This document shows, in pieces, positions 1-9,456 of a stretch of 51,124 bases of DNA. Both the position numbers and the translations under genes were made by a program. The notes under the pieces were generated by a model that worked only from the letters and a program-made list of their open reading frames with translations, was not told the DNA's origin and searched no databases. The DNA comes from Bdellovibrionota bacterium (GTDB lineage: Bacteria > Bdellovibrionota_C > UBA2361), in assembly GCA_044352465.1 (NCBI GenBank), contig JBILDU010000008.1:1-51124 (forward strand), read 5' to 3'. Each line of letters opens with the position of its first letter. Position 1 is the first letter of the stretch.

Positions 1-303
1 GGGGCCGAATAAGTATTCTAGCGGTGGAAGCAAAATATCACCTGGGGCGGACGAGTGGGCATATCTCTGAAAGAAGAGCGAAGGTGTCTTCGCGATTGGC
101 TCATTTTCAATTCCATCTGGGTAGTGGAGTCTTAAGACAAGGATTTTTCTGCGATTTTCCGCACGCTACCCGCGATTGAGCCGATTTGGTTGGCGCTTCA
201 GCTTACAACCCGCCCCCCAAATCGGTTTAATCCGGCAACGTGCCTGATTCTTAACCGAAGTTTCTCGACCTAGCCCTCACGTAGGGCTCCTAAGGAGAGT
301 GTC

Positions 304-819
304 ATGCGCAACATGACCAAGTCGGCTTTTGTGTTGGTGGTTCTCGGTTCCATGGTCCTCACCGGCTGTGGTGTGTCGCGGGCGTTCACGGAGGCGAAGG
401 AGGCGGTTTCGGTCGCTTTCACCTCTTCGACGCCCACCGAGCAGCTCGACAAGTACGAGCAGGAGGTGAACGCCGCGTACCCCGCGACGAGCATCTCGAT
501 CGCGGACGACAAGACGAAGCAGCGCATCTCGGCGGACAAGGCGATCAAGCGGAACTCGGCTCTCATCGTGAAGTGTGATCAGCTTCTCGAGAAGATGCCG
601 CCCCGTAACGTCGAGAAAAACGACGCCGCGGAGCTCCAGGAACGGGAGAACATCGAGAGCCGTCGCGCCGTGTACCTCGCTTCTCTCAAGGAAGTGTGCA
701 CGAAGGCGAAGACGGATCAACTCGCGGTGTCGCTCCCGACCGGACCGAAGTTCCTGCCCCGTGATCACGAAGCGTATGCAACGCTCCGTGACACCCCGAC
801 CACTGCCTCATCGCAGTGA
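304..819 (+). CDS. Hypothetical lipoprotein
   Basis: AAGGAG RBS upstream; hydrophobic N-terminus ending in lipobox LTGC; helical charged body; strongly GC3-biased codons. Confidence 0.75.
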   Translation: MRNMTKSAFVLVVLGSMVLTGCGVSRAFTEAKEAVSVAFTSSTPTEQLDKYEQEVNAAYPATSISIADDKTKQRISADKAIKRNSALIVKCDQLLEKMPPRNVEKNDAAELQERENIESRRAVYLASLKEVCTKAKTDQLAVSLPTGPKFLPRDHEAYATLRDTPTTASSQ

Positions 820-1065
820 CGTGGTGAGGTAGGCTGTGGACCCTGGGAGCGACTTTGTTAAGAATCCGCTGAGGATTTAACGAATGTTCTCTCTCTGGGC
901 TCCACTCCCTACCTTTCCCCTTACTCACCTCTCGTACCCTCAACTTCCGCGTCATCACGGTAGGCGGTATCACAAACTGATAGTCCATGCGGTAGTTTTT
1001 TCATCTCCCCAAAAAGTTTAGCGGGCGAGATACCAGCACGGCCACGATAGCCGCGCAGATAGCCA

Positions 1066-1101
1066 AGCCCAAAGGCGGACCAGACAAAAAACTGGTGCTC
1101 C
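1066..1101 (-). repeat. Degenerate dispersed intergenic repeat, copy A
   Basis: Reverse complement of 1071..1091 (TTTTTTGTCTGGTCCGCCTTT) matches 32755..32775 (TTTTTTGTCTGGTTCACCTTT) at 19/21; both are preceded by GGAGCAC and followed by GGGCT. Confidence 0.5.
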
Positions 1102-1283
1102 CCCCACAGCGGATGGTCTTCCTTTCACCACATTGCTCGAGGCGATAACTCACTAGCTCGACTCGTTTTCGGGAATATTTCGGGAACTCTGACTAAAAAC
1201 ACCCTATTTTTGGGAACACTGCCCCCACTCGAATAAAGCTGACATTCACTCTCTTTTTGGTGTAGCGTTCCCCCGAGGCAGCG

Positions 1284-3512
1284 ATGTTTTCCGCCCCAAA
1301 TTTTAAGTCTTCAGTTGAATCTGCGCCCCGCACCGTCACTGATACTCTGGTGAGCTGGGCTCGAGCCGGTCTTCTCGCGCTCCCCCTTTCGGGCTGTGCA
1401 GGGCTCGCACACGACTCCTTACACCCCCGCGAGTCGGTAGTTTCTCTCGCCCAGGATACACCGGAGCAGCGTTTTACCCCGCCCGCTGGCTTCACCCTTG
1501 TCGGAATCGATTACCGGGATGGTATCGTGATGCCCCGCTTCAGTCCGACGGCTTCTGCCACCGAACCATTCTCCCCCGCTGAGATAGAGCGACTTCATCA
1601 GCTACTCTCCCCCGACGCAGCGCTGCGGTGCCTTGCCTTAAAGGAAATCACGACAAACTACCAACCCCGGCTCGAGCCGGCCCTCATCGGCATGCTCCTG
1701 CACGAACACGAAGGAGCTCTCGCAAAGCGCGCAACCGAGATTTTGCGACAGCGGTGCGGTTCCCAAGGAATAGTGATCCTGTGTGACGAAATTCAGAGAG
1801 TCCGCGGTCAGGATCTCGAGCGATGTCTCGAGATCCTCTCCCAAAATCCAAGTAATGAGATCGCTCAAGCTTTTCTGCGTGCCATCCGTACAAGCGAGTT
1901 CGGAGAGAAAGAAGCTCGGGACGAGGGAATGATACTTGGTAAAACGCTCGTCACCATGGCGCCCTTTGGGTATCCGCTCATCCATGAACTACTGACCGAT
2001 AAGGAACCAGCGATGCGCTTGGCGGCTGCAGTCTCGCTTGCATCGATCAGCGACACCGAAGCCCTCCCCGTGCTCCTACACTTTAGTTCGAGCCAAGACT
2101 TTAATTACCGCCTTGAGGCTCTCGCGGCCCTCAGTAAATACCCCAACCATCCCGAAATACTCCTCCCTCTTGAAAAAGCGCTCACCGAACGAGACTTCGC
2201 ATCCACGGCGCTTTTCACCCTGACAGAGGTCGGATCTCCCGGATTCAGAGTGCTCGCGCCTTACGCGGACCCCGAATACTTCAGACTGACCAATGTTGAG
2301 CGCCTTGGAAGAAACCCCTACCTCCCCGGCATTTCGTACGGCGAAGTCGTGGCAGCTCTAGTCCAATGCCACGATCTCCAGACGATCGACGCCTCAAATC
2401 GGCCACACTATCTGTTCGACAAAATCGGTGACATCGGAGTCCAAAAGCTCCTGGACGACCTCGAACACGAGCAGCTTCGACCGGGGGCGCAGGAAGGATT
2501 CCTCGCCCTCGGCGAAAGTGTCCATCGGTATATCCCCGCCCTCCTCATGAAGACCTCCGCCAAGCCTCTTCTGCTTAATTACCCCGTGGAGACCTTAGCG
2601 TTAGAACTCGCGCCTTACCTTCAAAACGAGGCCCCCTCGTCGCTCACTATCGAAGCTTGTGCGCTTCTCTCTGAGGGCATTCGCCGTCCGATTAAGGCTA
2701 GCGCCCGCGGTGAAGCCCTTCAAACTGTTATTGATCTGTATCCAAATGCCCTCTGGCTACGCCACCTCCTGGGACTCGTCTGGCAGGAGGACTGCGATGG
2801 AGAGTGGGTTTGCGAGGCCCTCGTGCCGAGGGCCTCGAACGCATGGGCATGCAGCATTGTCGAGGAGATTAACGCTGCTCTCACCGTGGGGATCGACGTG
2901 CCCCTTCGTTGGAATCGGGATAATCTGGCCGAGATCGTCCGCAACCGCACGGCGACCGAGTTCGATGGCCGGCCGATTGCAACTATGATCTATGCCGAGG
3001 CGGACTACAACGGCGCATTCGGGGCACATAACCCGATCGTCGAAGCGCTCACCCGTAATGGCTATTGCGTCATGTACTACGACGAAAGCACCGACCTCGG
3101 TGTTATGCGCGCCCTCAAGGATTCAGTCACTCGCCCCGGGTCAAAAAGTATACAACCCGCTGCACTCATCATTTTTGGCGCTCACTCGAGCCGCACCGAG
3201 ATGATCTTTGGACGGAAATCCTCCGCCGAGGCTAAAATTACCCCCGAAGACCAAGCCATGATTACCAAAGAGCTTGGTGACTATACCCTAGGCCACAACG
3301 GACAAGTGATCCTTATCGCCTGCAGTGCAGGCGAGGGGCGGGAGAAAAATGAAAATATCGCCAATATGATGCGTCAGATATTCACTCACGCAAAAGAGGG
3401 GGGTATCTGGTCAACTGAGATACCGGACAACGTGCGCAGCGTTACCTTTGACGCCACGACAAGGGAACTCATCGACGTGCAATTTATTCGTGGAAGGATC
3501 TATCGCCGTTGA
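1284..3512 (+). CDS. HEAT-repeat putative lipoprotein with C-terminal clan-CD (caspase/CHAT/DUF4347-like) domain
   Basis: 742-aa ORF; LSGC lipobox (C38); HEAT-like repeats (LLTDKEPAMRLAAAVSLASI, SQDFNYRLEALAALSK); C-terminal DYNGAF...IIFGAHS...VILIACSAG. Confidence 0.6.
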   Translation: MFSAPNFKSSVESAPRTVTDTLVSWARAGLLALPLSGCAGLAHDSLHPRESVVSLAQDTPEQRFTPPAGFTLVGIDYRDGIVMPRFSPTASATEPFSPAEIERLHQLLSPDAALRCLALKEITTNYQPRLEPALIGMLLHEHEGALAKRATEILRQRCGSQGIVILCDEIQRVRGQDLERCLEILSQNPSNEIAQAFLRAIRTSEFGEKEARDEGMILGKTLVTMAPFGYPLIHELLTDKEPAMRLAAAVSLASISDTEALPVLLHFSSSQDFNYRLEALAALSKYPNHPEILLPLEKALTERDFASTALFTLTEVGSPGFRVLAPYADPEYFRLTNVERLGRNPYLPGISYGEVVAALVQCHDLQTIDASNRPHYLFDKIGDIGVQKLLDDLEHEQLRPGAQEGFLALGESVHRYIPALLMKTSAKPLLLNYPVETLALELAPYLQNEAPSSLTIEACALLSEGIRRPIKASARGEALQTVIDLYPNALWLRHLLGLVWQEDCDGEWVCEALVPRASNAWACSIVEEINAALTVGIDVPLRWNRDNLAEIVRNRTATEFDGRPIATMIYAEADYNGAFGAHNPIVEALTRNGYCVMYYDESTDLGVMRALKDSVTRPGSKSIQPAALIIFGAHSSRTEMIFGRKSSAEAKITPEDQAMITKELGDYTLGHNGQVILIACSAGEGREKNENIANMMRQIFTHAKEGGIWSTEIPDNVRSVTFDATTRELIDVQFIRGRIYRR

Positions 3513-3709
3513 ATTTTTCTTACCCGCAGAGCGGTGATGGATAAACGAGAGCTCCGAGCGCAAACCACCGTCATTTTCAGCCGATCGCTCAATTACCGTT
3601 TAGGCCACATTATCCCCTGAAGCGTTCTCTGGGTTGAGCGGCGGCCTTTTCTTCAACCAGTCCTCAAGGAATCAGGACGGTATCTAAGATATCGATTTAC
3701 CGACACAGC

Positions 3710-3747
3710 AAAAAAAGACCGGCAGGTGAATCGCTTCACCTGCCGGT
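3710..3747 (-). terminator. Strong intrinsic terminator (minus strand)
   Basis: Perfect 13-bp stem ACCGGCAGGTGAA/TTCACCTGCCGGT; GCGA (GNRA) loop on the minus strand; followed by CTTTTTTT. Confidence 0.8.
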
Positions 3748-4434
3748 TGTGGGCCGTATTCCCGATTACCGCTCCGTTTGACGTTTTGGGGAACGGGGTG
3801 TGGAGCGGCGGCCCTTACGCCGACAGATTGCCCCCCTCGGCGCACGGGAAAGTTTTTGGGTTTTTCGGTAAGGTTTTCATGCTCATCGCCGGGCCCACCG
3901 CATCCTGCGATACGCTGTCTTTCGTCTGCCGACTTGCCTGACTGAGACCGGATGAGACAAACATAAAAACCTTTTGGGTTTGGGTTTGGGTTTTTGAAAT
4001 CACGGCCCGCCATTCCATCGGCTGCAGCAACGTGTTTCTAATATCTGTTATCACGTACCAGTTCCAAATGTGACTCCCAAACCTGAAGATTAATTATAAA
4101 AGTTGCAATGCCTTAATTACACTACTTATTTTATCTGCGTTTTCGGGCGAGCTTGGGTAGCGACTGATTCGATCTGCGTATTTTGCGATAATTTAACGGG
4201 CAAAAACAGGGACCGCACGGAGAAGAGTAGCACCGCGAGCGACGCCTCAAAGAGGCCCGGTTTCAAAACTTTCGCCGCTTAGAGGGCGTGCGCCGCCTGA
4301 AAGCCTTAAGCCGTTCGCTCAGGCGAAAAGAGCTCGTATGCCGACCGACGAATTCGCTATCAGGTCAAAGAACTTTCTCGTCAGAGCACCAGAGCAATAG
4401 GCTTTATTGCGCTCCGCGCATCTCGAAAGGGGGA

Positions 4435-5577
4435 CTACCCGAACATCTCTTTTACTTTATCGAAAAAACTTTTCGATTCAGCCACGAGATCCTCCGCCTC
4501 TACGTCACGCAGCTCTTTCAACATCTTCTTATGTTTTTCGGAGATCTTCTTGGGGACTTTGATAACAACCCGGACATGTTGATCGCCGCGACTATTCGAA
4601 CCGATAACCTGAACACCCCGATTTTTGAGTCGAAAGATCTTCCCCGACGTTGTACCGGCGGGAATCTTCATCTTCACTCGCCCCTCAAGAGTTGGCACCT
4701 CGATCTCATCGCCCAAGGCTGCAGTGGTATAAGCGATCGGCACTTCGCAGATCAACTCGCTCTCTTGCCGCTCAAAAATCGGATGGGGCTTCACCCCGAT
4801 CTGAACGTAGAGATCCCCGCTCGGTCCGCCGAGTGAGCCAGGCTCCCCCTCTCCCCGCAGCTTCAGACGTTGCCCGTTATCGATCCCGGCCGGGATCTTC
4901 ACACTGAGCGTGCTCTCCGCGAGCCGCGAACCTGAGCCAGAGCAATCGACGCAGCGCGCCTTGATCGTCTCCCCCCGCCCGTTACACACATGACAGGTAC
5001 GCGCGATCGTAAAGAATCCTTGCTGCATCCGCACCTGGCCAGCCCCGCCGCACTGATTACACCGCTCTGGAGTTGAACCGGGAGCAGCGCCGCTCCCCTC
5101 ACAGGTCTGGCACGGCGTACGGCGACCAAGCTTAATCTGCTTCTCCGCACCAAAGATCGCCTCCTCAAAAGAGATCTCTAGGTCGTAACGAAGATCGTTC
5201 CCGGCCCTTCCACGAGCGCGTCGTCCCCCGCCACTGGATCCCGCAGCCCCACCGAAAAAGGAGCTAAACAGATCGCCGAAGACATCCTCAAAACCGGAGA
5301 AATCACCACCGAAGCCTTGGAATCCACCACCAAACCCCCCGGCTCCCTGCTCAAACGCAGCGTGCCCAAATTGATCGTACTTGGTTCGATTTTCCGGGTC
5401 GCTGAGGATCGAGTATGCCTCGGTAGCTTCCTTGAACTTATCCTCAGCTTCTTTGTTCCCTGGGTTCCGATCGGGGTGAAACTGGAGCGCCTTCTTGCGG
5501 TATGCTTTCTTAATCTCGTCGGTGCTCGCGCCGCGCTCGACTCCTAAAACCTCGTAGCAATCCCGTTTATTCGCCAT
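4435..5577 (-). CDS. dnaJ: Chaperone DnaJ
   Basis: J domain with HPD, G/F-rich region, four CxxCxGxG repeats, C-terminal domain. Confidence 0.98.
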   Translation of the reverse strand: MANKRDCYEVLGVERGASTDEIKKAYRKKALQFHPDRNPGNKEAEDKFKEATEAYSILSDPENRTKYDQFGHAAFEQGAGGFGGGFQGFGGDFSGFEDVFGDLFSSFFGGAAGSSGGGRRARGRAGNDLRYDLEISFEEAIFGAEKQIKLGRRTPCQTCEGSGAAPGSTPERCNQCGGAGQVRMQQGFFTIARTCHVCNGRGETIKARCVDCSGSGSRLAESTLSVKIPAGIDNGQRLKLRGEGEPGSLGGPSGDLYVQIGVKPHPIFERQESELICEVPIAYTTAALGDEIEVPTLEGRVKMKIPAGTTSGKIFRLKNRGVQVIGSNSRGDQHVRVVIKVPKKISEKHKKMLKELRDVEAEDLVAESKSFFDKVKEMFG

Positions 5578-5648
5578 ACATCAACCGCTGATTACTCTCG
5601 AGGAGGCCGTCACCTTGCTCAGACCTCGAACTGATACACACATTACTC

Positions 5649-5683
5649 AAAAAGCGGCGGCCCCGCTACCGCGTGACCACCGC
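5649..5683 (-). terminator. Intrinsic terminator/attenuator between dnaK and dnaJ
   Basis: Minus-strand GC hairpin GCGGTGGTC...GGCCGCCGC (with G-U pairs) followed by TTTTT. Confidence 0.55.
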
Positions 5684-5709
5684 CTCCCGAGATACACCGT
5701 CGCACTCGC

Positions 5710-7641
5710 CTAACGTCCTGAGTTAACCTCTTCGAAGTCAGCATCGACAACGTCATCGGCTTTTTCCGCTTTCGCTTCAGCCCCCGTTGCTCCAGCGGCA
5801 CCACCATCGGCAGCAGCGCCAGCAGCACCAGCCGCCGTGGCTTTCTTGTACATCTCCTCTGAGAGCTTATGCGTCGCCTTCATCAGCGTCTCATAAGCTT
5901 CGTTAAGGGCGGAGGTCTCCTTACTCTCAAGCGCTTTCTTCGCTTCTTGTATCGCGGTGTCGACCTTGCCCTTTTCCTCAGCTCCGAGCGAATCACCGAG
6001 ATCGCCAAGCGACTTCTCGGTAGAGTAGATGAGACTATCGAGCTTATTGCGGGCTTCGATCGACTCACGCTTCTTTTTATCTTCCTCAGCGTGAATCTCC
6101 GCGTCTTTGACCATCTTCTTGATCTCATCCTCGGAAAGACCAGAGCTGGCGGTGATCTGAATCGACTGCTCTTTCTTCGTTCCGAGATCCTTCGCCGATA
6201 CGTGAACGATACCGTTTCCATCGATATCGAAGGTCACTTCAACTTGCGGCACTCCACGCGGCGCCGGCGGAATACCAACTAACTCAAATCGACCAAGGGT
6301 CTTGTTGTCCGACGCCATCTCGCGCTCGCCCTGGAGTACATGGATCGATACCGCGGGCTGGTTGTCCGACGCGGTCGAGAAGACCTGTGACTTGCGAGTC
6401 GGAATAGTCGTATTCTTGTCGATCAACTTCGTCATCACACCGCCGTACGTCTCGATACCGAGGCTGAGCGGAGTGACATCGAGGAGCAAGACGTCCTTGA
6501 CGTCTCCCTGGAGAACCCCGCCTTGAATCGCCGCGCCAACCGCGACCGCCTCATCGGGGTTCACATTCTTCGAGGGCTCTTTCCCAAAGATCTCTTTGAC
6601 CTTCTGCTGAACCGCCGGCATCCGGGTCATACCACCGACGAGAATCACCTCATCGATCTGGTCCGGCTTGAGGCCCGCATCTTTCAACGCAGTCTTACAA
6701 GGCTCAACGAGGCGGGAGATCAGATCAGAGCACAATGACTCATATTTTGCGCGGCTGATCTTTATGTTCAGGTGCTTCGGGCCGGACGAATCGGCCGTAA
6801 TGAACGGCAGATTGACGTCGGTCTCCATCGCGGTCGAGAGCTCGTGCTTCGCCTTCTCCGAGGCCTCCTTGAGCCGCTGAAGCGCCAGGGTATCTTTTCT
6901 CAGATCGATCCCCTGATCCTTCTTGAACTCCTCAGCCAAGAATTCGACGAGCTTGTGATCAAAATCCTCACCACCGAGATAGGTATCTCCGTTGGTCGAC
7001 TTGACCTCGAAAACACCATCACCGAGCTCTAAGATAGAAACGTCGAACGTACCACCGCCGAGGTCAAAAACCGCGATGGTCTTGTCGCCTTTTTTCTCCG
7101 CTCCATAAGCCAACGCCGCGGCGGTTGGCTCGTTGATGATCCGCTGTACGTTGAGTCCAGCGATCTTACCAGCATCCTTCGTCGCTTGCCGCTGTGCATC
7201 GTTAAAGTATGCCGGCACCGTGATGACAGCCTCCGTCACCTTCTCGCCGAGATAATCCTCAGCCGTTTGCTTCATCTTGGTGAGGATCATCGCCGAGACC
7301 TCTTGGGCGCTCTTTGCGTCCCCCTTGAGCTTCACCCAAGCGTCCCCGTTCGGAGCTTTCGATATCTCGTAAGGCAGAACGCCTTTCGCTTTGTCCACCT
7401 CCGGTGAGTCAAACTTCCGGCCAATCAGGCGCTTGACCGCAAAAATGGTGTTCTTGGGGTTCGTAACGGCCTGGCGCTTTGCCACCTGCCCAACGAGCCG
7501 CTCGCCCGAGTCGTTCACCGCAACCACCGAGGGGGTCGTGCGCGTTCCCTCGCTATTCGCGATAACGGTGGCCGAACCACCTTCCATAACCGCCACACAC
7601 GAGTTGGTCGTGCCGAGATCGATTCCGATAATCTTGCCCAT
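5710..7641 (-). CDS. dnaK: Chaperone DnaK (Hsp70)
   Basis: [27 protein letters not shown] motifs; C-terminal DADFEEV. Confidence 0.99.
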   Translation of the reverse strand: MGKIIGIDLGTTNSCVAVMEGGSATVIANSEGTRTTPSVVAVNDSGERLVGQVAKRQAVTNPKNTIFAVKRLIGRKFDSPEVDKAKGVLPYEISKAPNGDAWVKLKGDAKSAQEVSAMILTKMKQTAEDYLGEKVTEAVITVPAYFNDAQRQATKDAGKIAGLNVQRIINEPTAAALAYGAEKKGDKTIAVFDLGGGTFDVSILELGDGVFEVKSTNGDTYLGGEDFDHKLVEFLAEEFKKDQGIDLRKDTLALQRLKEASEKAKHELSTAMETDVNLPFITADSSGPKHLNIKISRAKYESLCSDLISRLVEPCKTALKDAGLKPDQIDEVILVGGMTRMPAVQQKVKEIFGKEPSKNVNPDEAVAVGAAIQGGVLQGDVKDVLLLDVTPLSLGIETYGGVMTKLIDKNTTIPTRKSQVFSTASDNQPAVSIHVLQGEREMASDNKTLGRFELVGIPPAPRGVPQVEVTFDIDGNGIVHVSAKDLGTKKEQSIQITASSGLSEDEIKKMVKDAEIHAEEDKKKRESIEARNKLDSLIYSTEKSLGDLGDSLGAEEKGKVDTAIQEAKKALESKETSALNEAYETLMKATHKLSEEMYKKATAAGAAGAAADGGAAGATGAEAKAEKADDVVDADFEEVNSGR

Positions 7642-7874
7642 GATACTCCAATACCTGCTAAGTGAATTTAAATCAGCGAGCAGCTAACCCGATGTATTAA
7701 CAGGGGTTTATTTTCTGAAGACGTTTCAAACGTCCCGCTGCTCACCCATGAAAATAACGACGATTTCCGAAGAATCAAGCCCTTGGGGAAGGATTTATCG
7801 AAGAGCTTTAAAAAGGGCGCAGATGAGCCGTAAGGCGCCGAAACGACTGCCGGAGCGCTCACCAAAAATAAGCC

Positions 7875-8573
7875 TCACCCCTCGGTCGACGAGCCGCCCG
7901 GAGCACCCTCGCTACCAACATCGAGAGGCTCAGACGCCACAACCACTTCACCAGGGCGAAGGAGTTTATCCTTGTAGAAGTACGGCTTCTTTAGCTCTCC
8001 GACAACGGTCCCCGGTTTCGCGTTGGGAACAGCCATTCGGCTAATCGCCTTGTGCTTCACCGGGTCGAAATCGGCTCCCATCGCTGAGTCGGCGCGCACC
8101 TCCCACCGCCCGAGGGTATCAACGAACATCTTGTGAATGAGTTTGAGCCCCTCGCTTAACTTTTTTGGGTCGCTCTCAGCATGGTTTAAGGCAAGTTCCA
8201 AATTGTCAAGAACCTCGAGGAAGTCCCCAATAACTCGCTCCCCTTGGTACTTGATAAGTTCACTACGCTCTTTAAGGGCTCGCTTCTTGTAGTTCTCAAA
8301 ATCAGCGAGCGCCCGGAGATACTTATCTTTGTGGTCCGCCACCTCGGCCTGTAAGGCGCGCAACTGCGCTTCTCCGCCCCCATTATCACCCACGGCGGTC
8401 GAGCCCTCGTCGCCCCCGACCTCAGATGAGCCCGAATTCTCTCCGCCGTCGAACTTCGTAAAGTCTGCGTCACGCTCCTCGCCGTTCAGTGCGGCGTCCC
8501 GGTCTGCGGACTCAGGAGCCACCGTTCGGTCGTCACCCGTCGAAATCTTTATCTTTTTTCCACCGAGAATCAT
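7875..8573 (-). CDS. grpE: Nucleotide exchange factor GrpE
   Basis: YLRALADFENYKKR, FDPVKHKA, LLRPGEVVV; directly upstream of dnaK. Confidence 0.95.
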   Translation of the reverse strand: MILGGKKIKISTGDDRTVAPESADRDAALNGEERDADFTKFDGGENSGSSEVGGDEGSTAVGDNGGGEAQLRALQAEVADHKDKYLRALADFENYKKRALKERSELIKYQGERVIGDFLEVLDNLELALNHAESDPKKLSEGLKLIHKMFVDTLGRWEVRADSAMGADFDPVKHKAISRMAVPNAKPGTVVGELKKPYFYKDKLLRPGEVVVASEPLDVGSEGAPGGSSTEG

Positions 8574-8811
8574 CTCTCACCAAGCTTTTAAATATTACGT
8601 TTCTTAAAACGCCGCCCCGCACACCTAACGGTGATTGAGGCACGCCCCAAACACCGCAGGAAAGGGCTCAGCACACATCGCGAGCCCCCCGCCAAGAGGT
8701 AAGCCCCCTCAAAGGTCTTCCTCGCATGAAGCTTCACGGTAGCGCTCGATAGTTTATTACGGATATCGTGCTCCCAAACGGTCAAAGAGCTATAAACATT
8801 CAATTCAGTTT

Positions 8812-9456
8812 TTGCAACGTACCCCACACCTTCATCGGGTACTGGGAGCTTTTTCGGTGAGTTTCGAGGGAATTATTATCAAGATGCACCCATGTGGGGA
8901 GGCCGATATGGTACTTCGGGTGGTGCGCGCCGAAGGGGATAAAGTCTCTCTCCTCGCTAAAAATGCCCGTCGGAGCAAACGACGCTTCGGTTCGAGCTTT
9001 GACCTCTTCGATCGGGGACGTTTCGAAGCCGGCAAAGGACGAGGCGCACTTCTCCTCGTTCAATCGTTCATCCCGGGTCCGGCGTGGCGTTCGATGCGCA
9101 ACGACATCGAACGATACATCGCAGCAGCGGTTTTGTGTGAAGCTGCCGACTACCTCCTCCCCGAGGGAGTTGAGCCAGAAGGGCCCGCGAGCTACCTCAC
9201 CGTGATCGACGGCCTCCAAGCTATCGAGGATGCCGCCACCACCAAAGAGGCCCTCCGTGCGCTCTACCTTGCGGTAGCGAACCTCCTTTCGATCGCCGGC
9301 TTTCTGGACCAAACACTCACCCAGACTCCGAGCGCTCAATTTCTCCGACGCCTTCTCGACAACGTTGAACAGGTAACGGAAAGAAAGTTGCAAAGTCGCG
9401 AGTCTTTGGAGCAGATCTTAAATGGACTAAAATCACGCGAGGATTCCGCTCGATGA
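8812..9456 (+). CDS. recO: DNA repair protein RecO (short form; start uncertain, TTG)
   Basis: EGIII...GEAD.V....EGDKVSLLAKNARRSKRRFGSSFDLF OB-fold signature; no C4 zinc finger seen. Confidence 0.8.
   Translation: MQRTPHLHRVLGAFSVSFEGIIIKMHPCGEADMVLRVVRAEGDKVSLLAKNARRSKRRFGSSFDLFDRGRFEAGKGRGALLLVQSFIPGPAWRSMRNDIERYIAAAVLCEAADYLLPEGVEPEGPASYLTVIDGLQAIEDAATTKEALRALYLAVANLLSIAGFLDQTLTQTPSAQFLRRLLDNVEQVTERKLQSRESLEQILNGLKSREDSAR

Noticed and set aside
1..30. GGGGCCGAATAAGTATTCTAGC resembles a tmRNA 5' end
   Set aside because: Lacks GGATTCGAC; no matching T-arm/CCA 3' end or tag frame seen downstream
3972..3995. (GGGTTT)3 telomere-like or G-quadruplex motif
   Set aside because: Only three G-tracts; treated as part of the candidate sRNA instead
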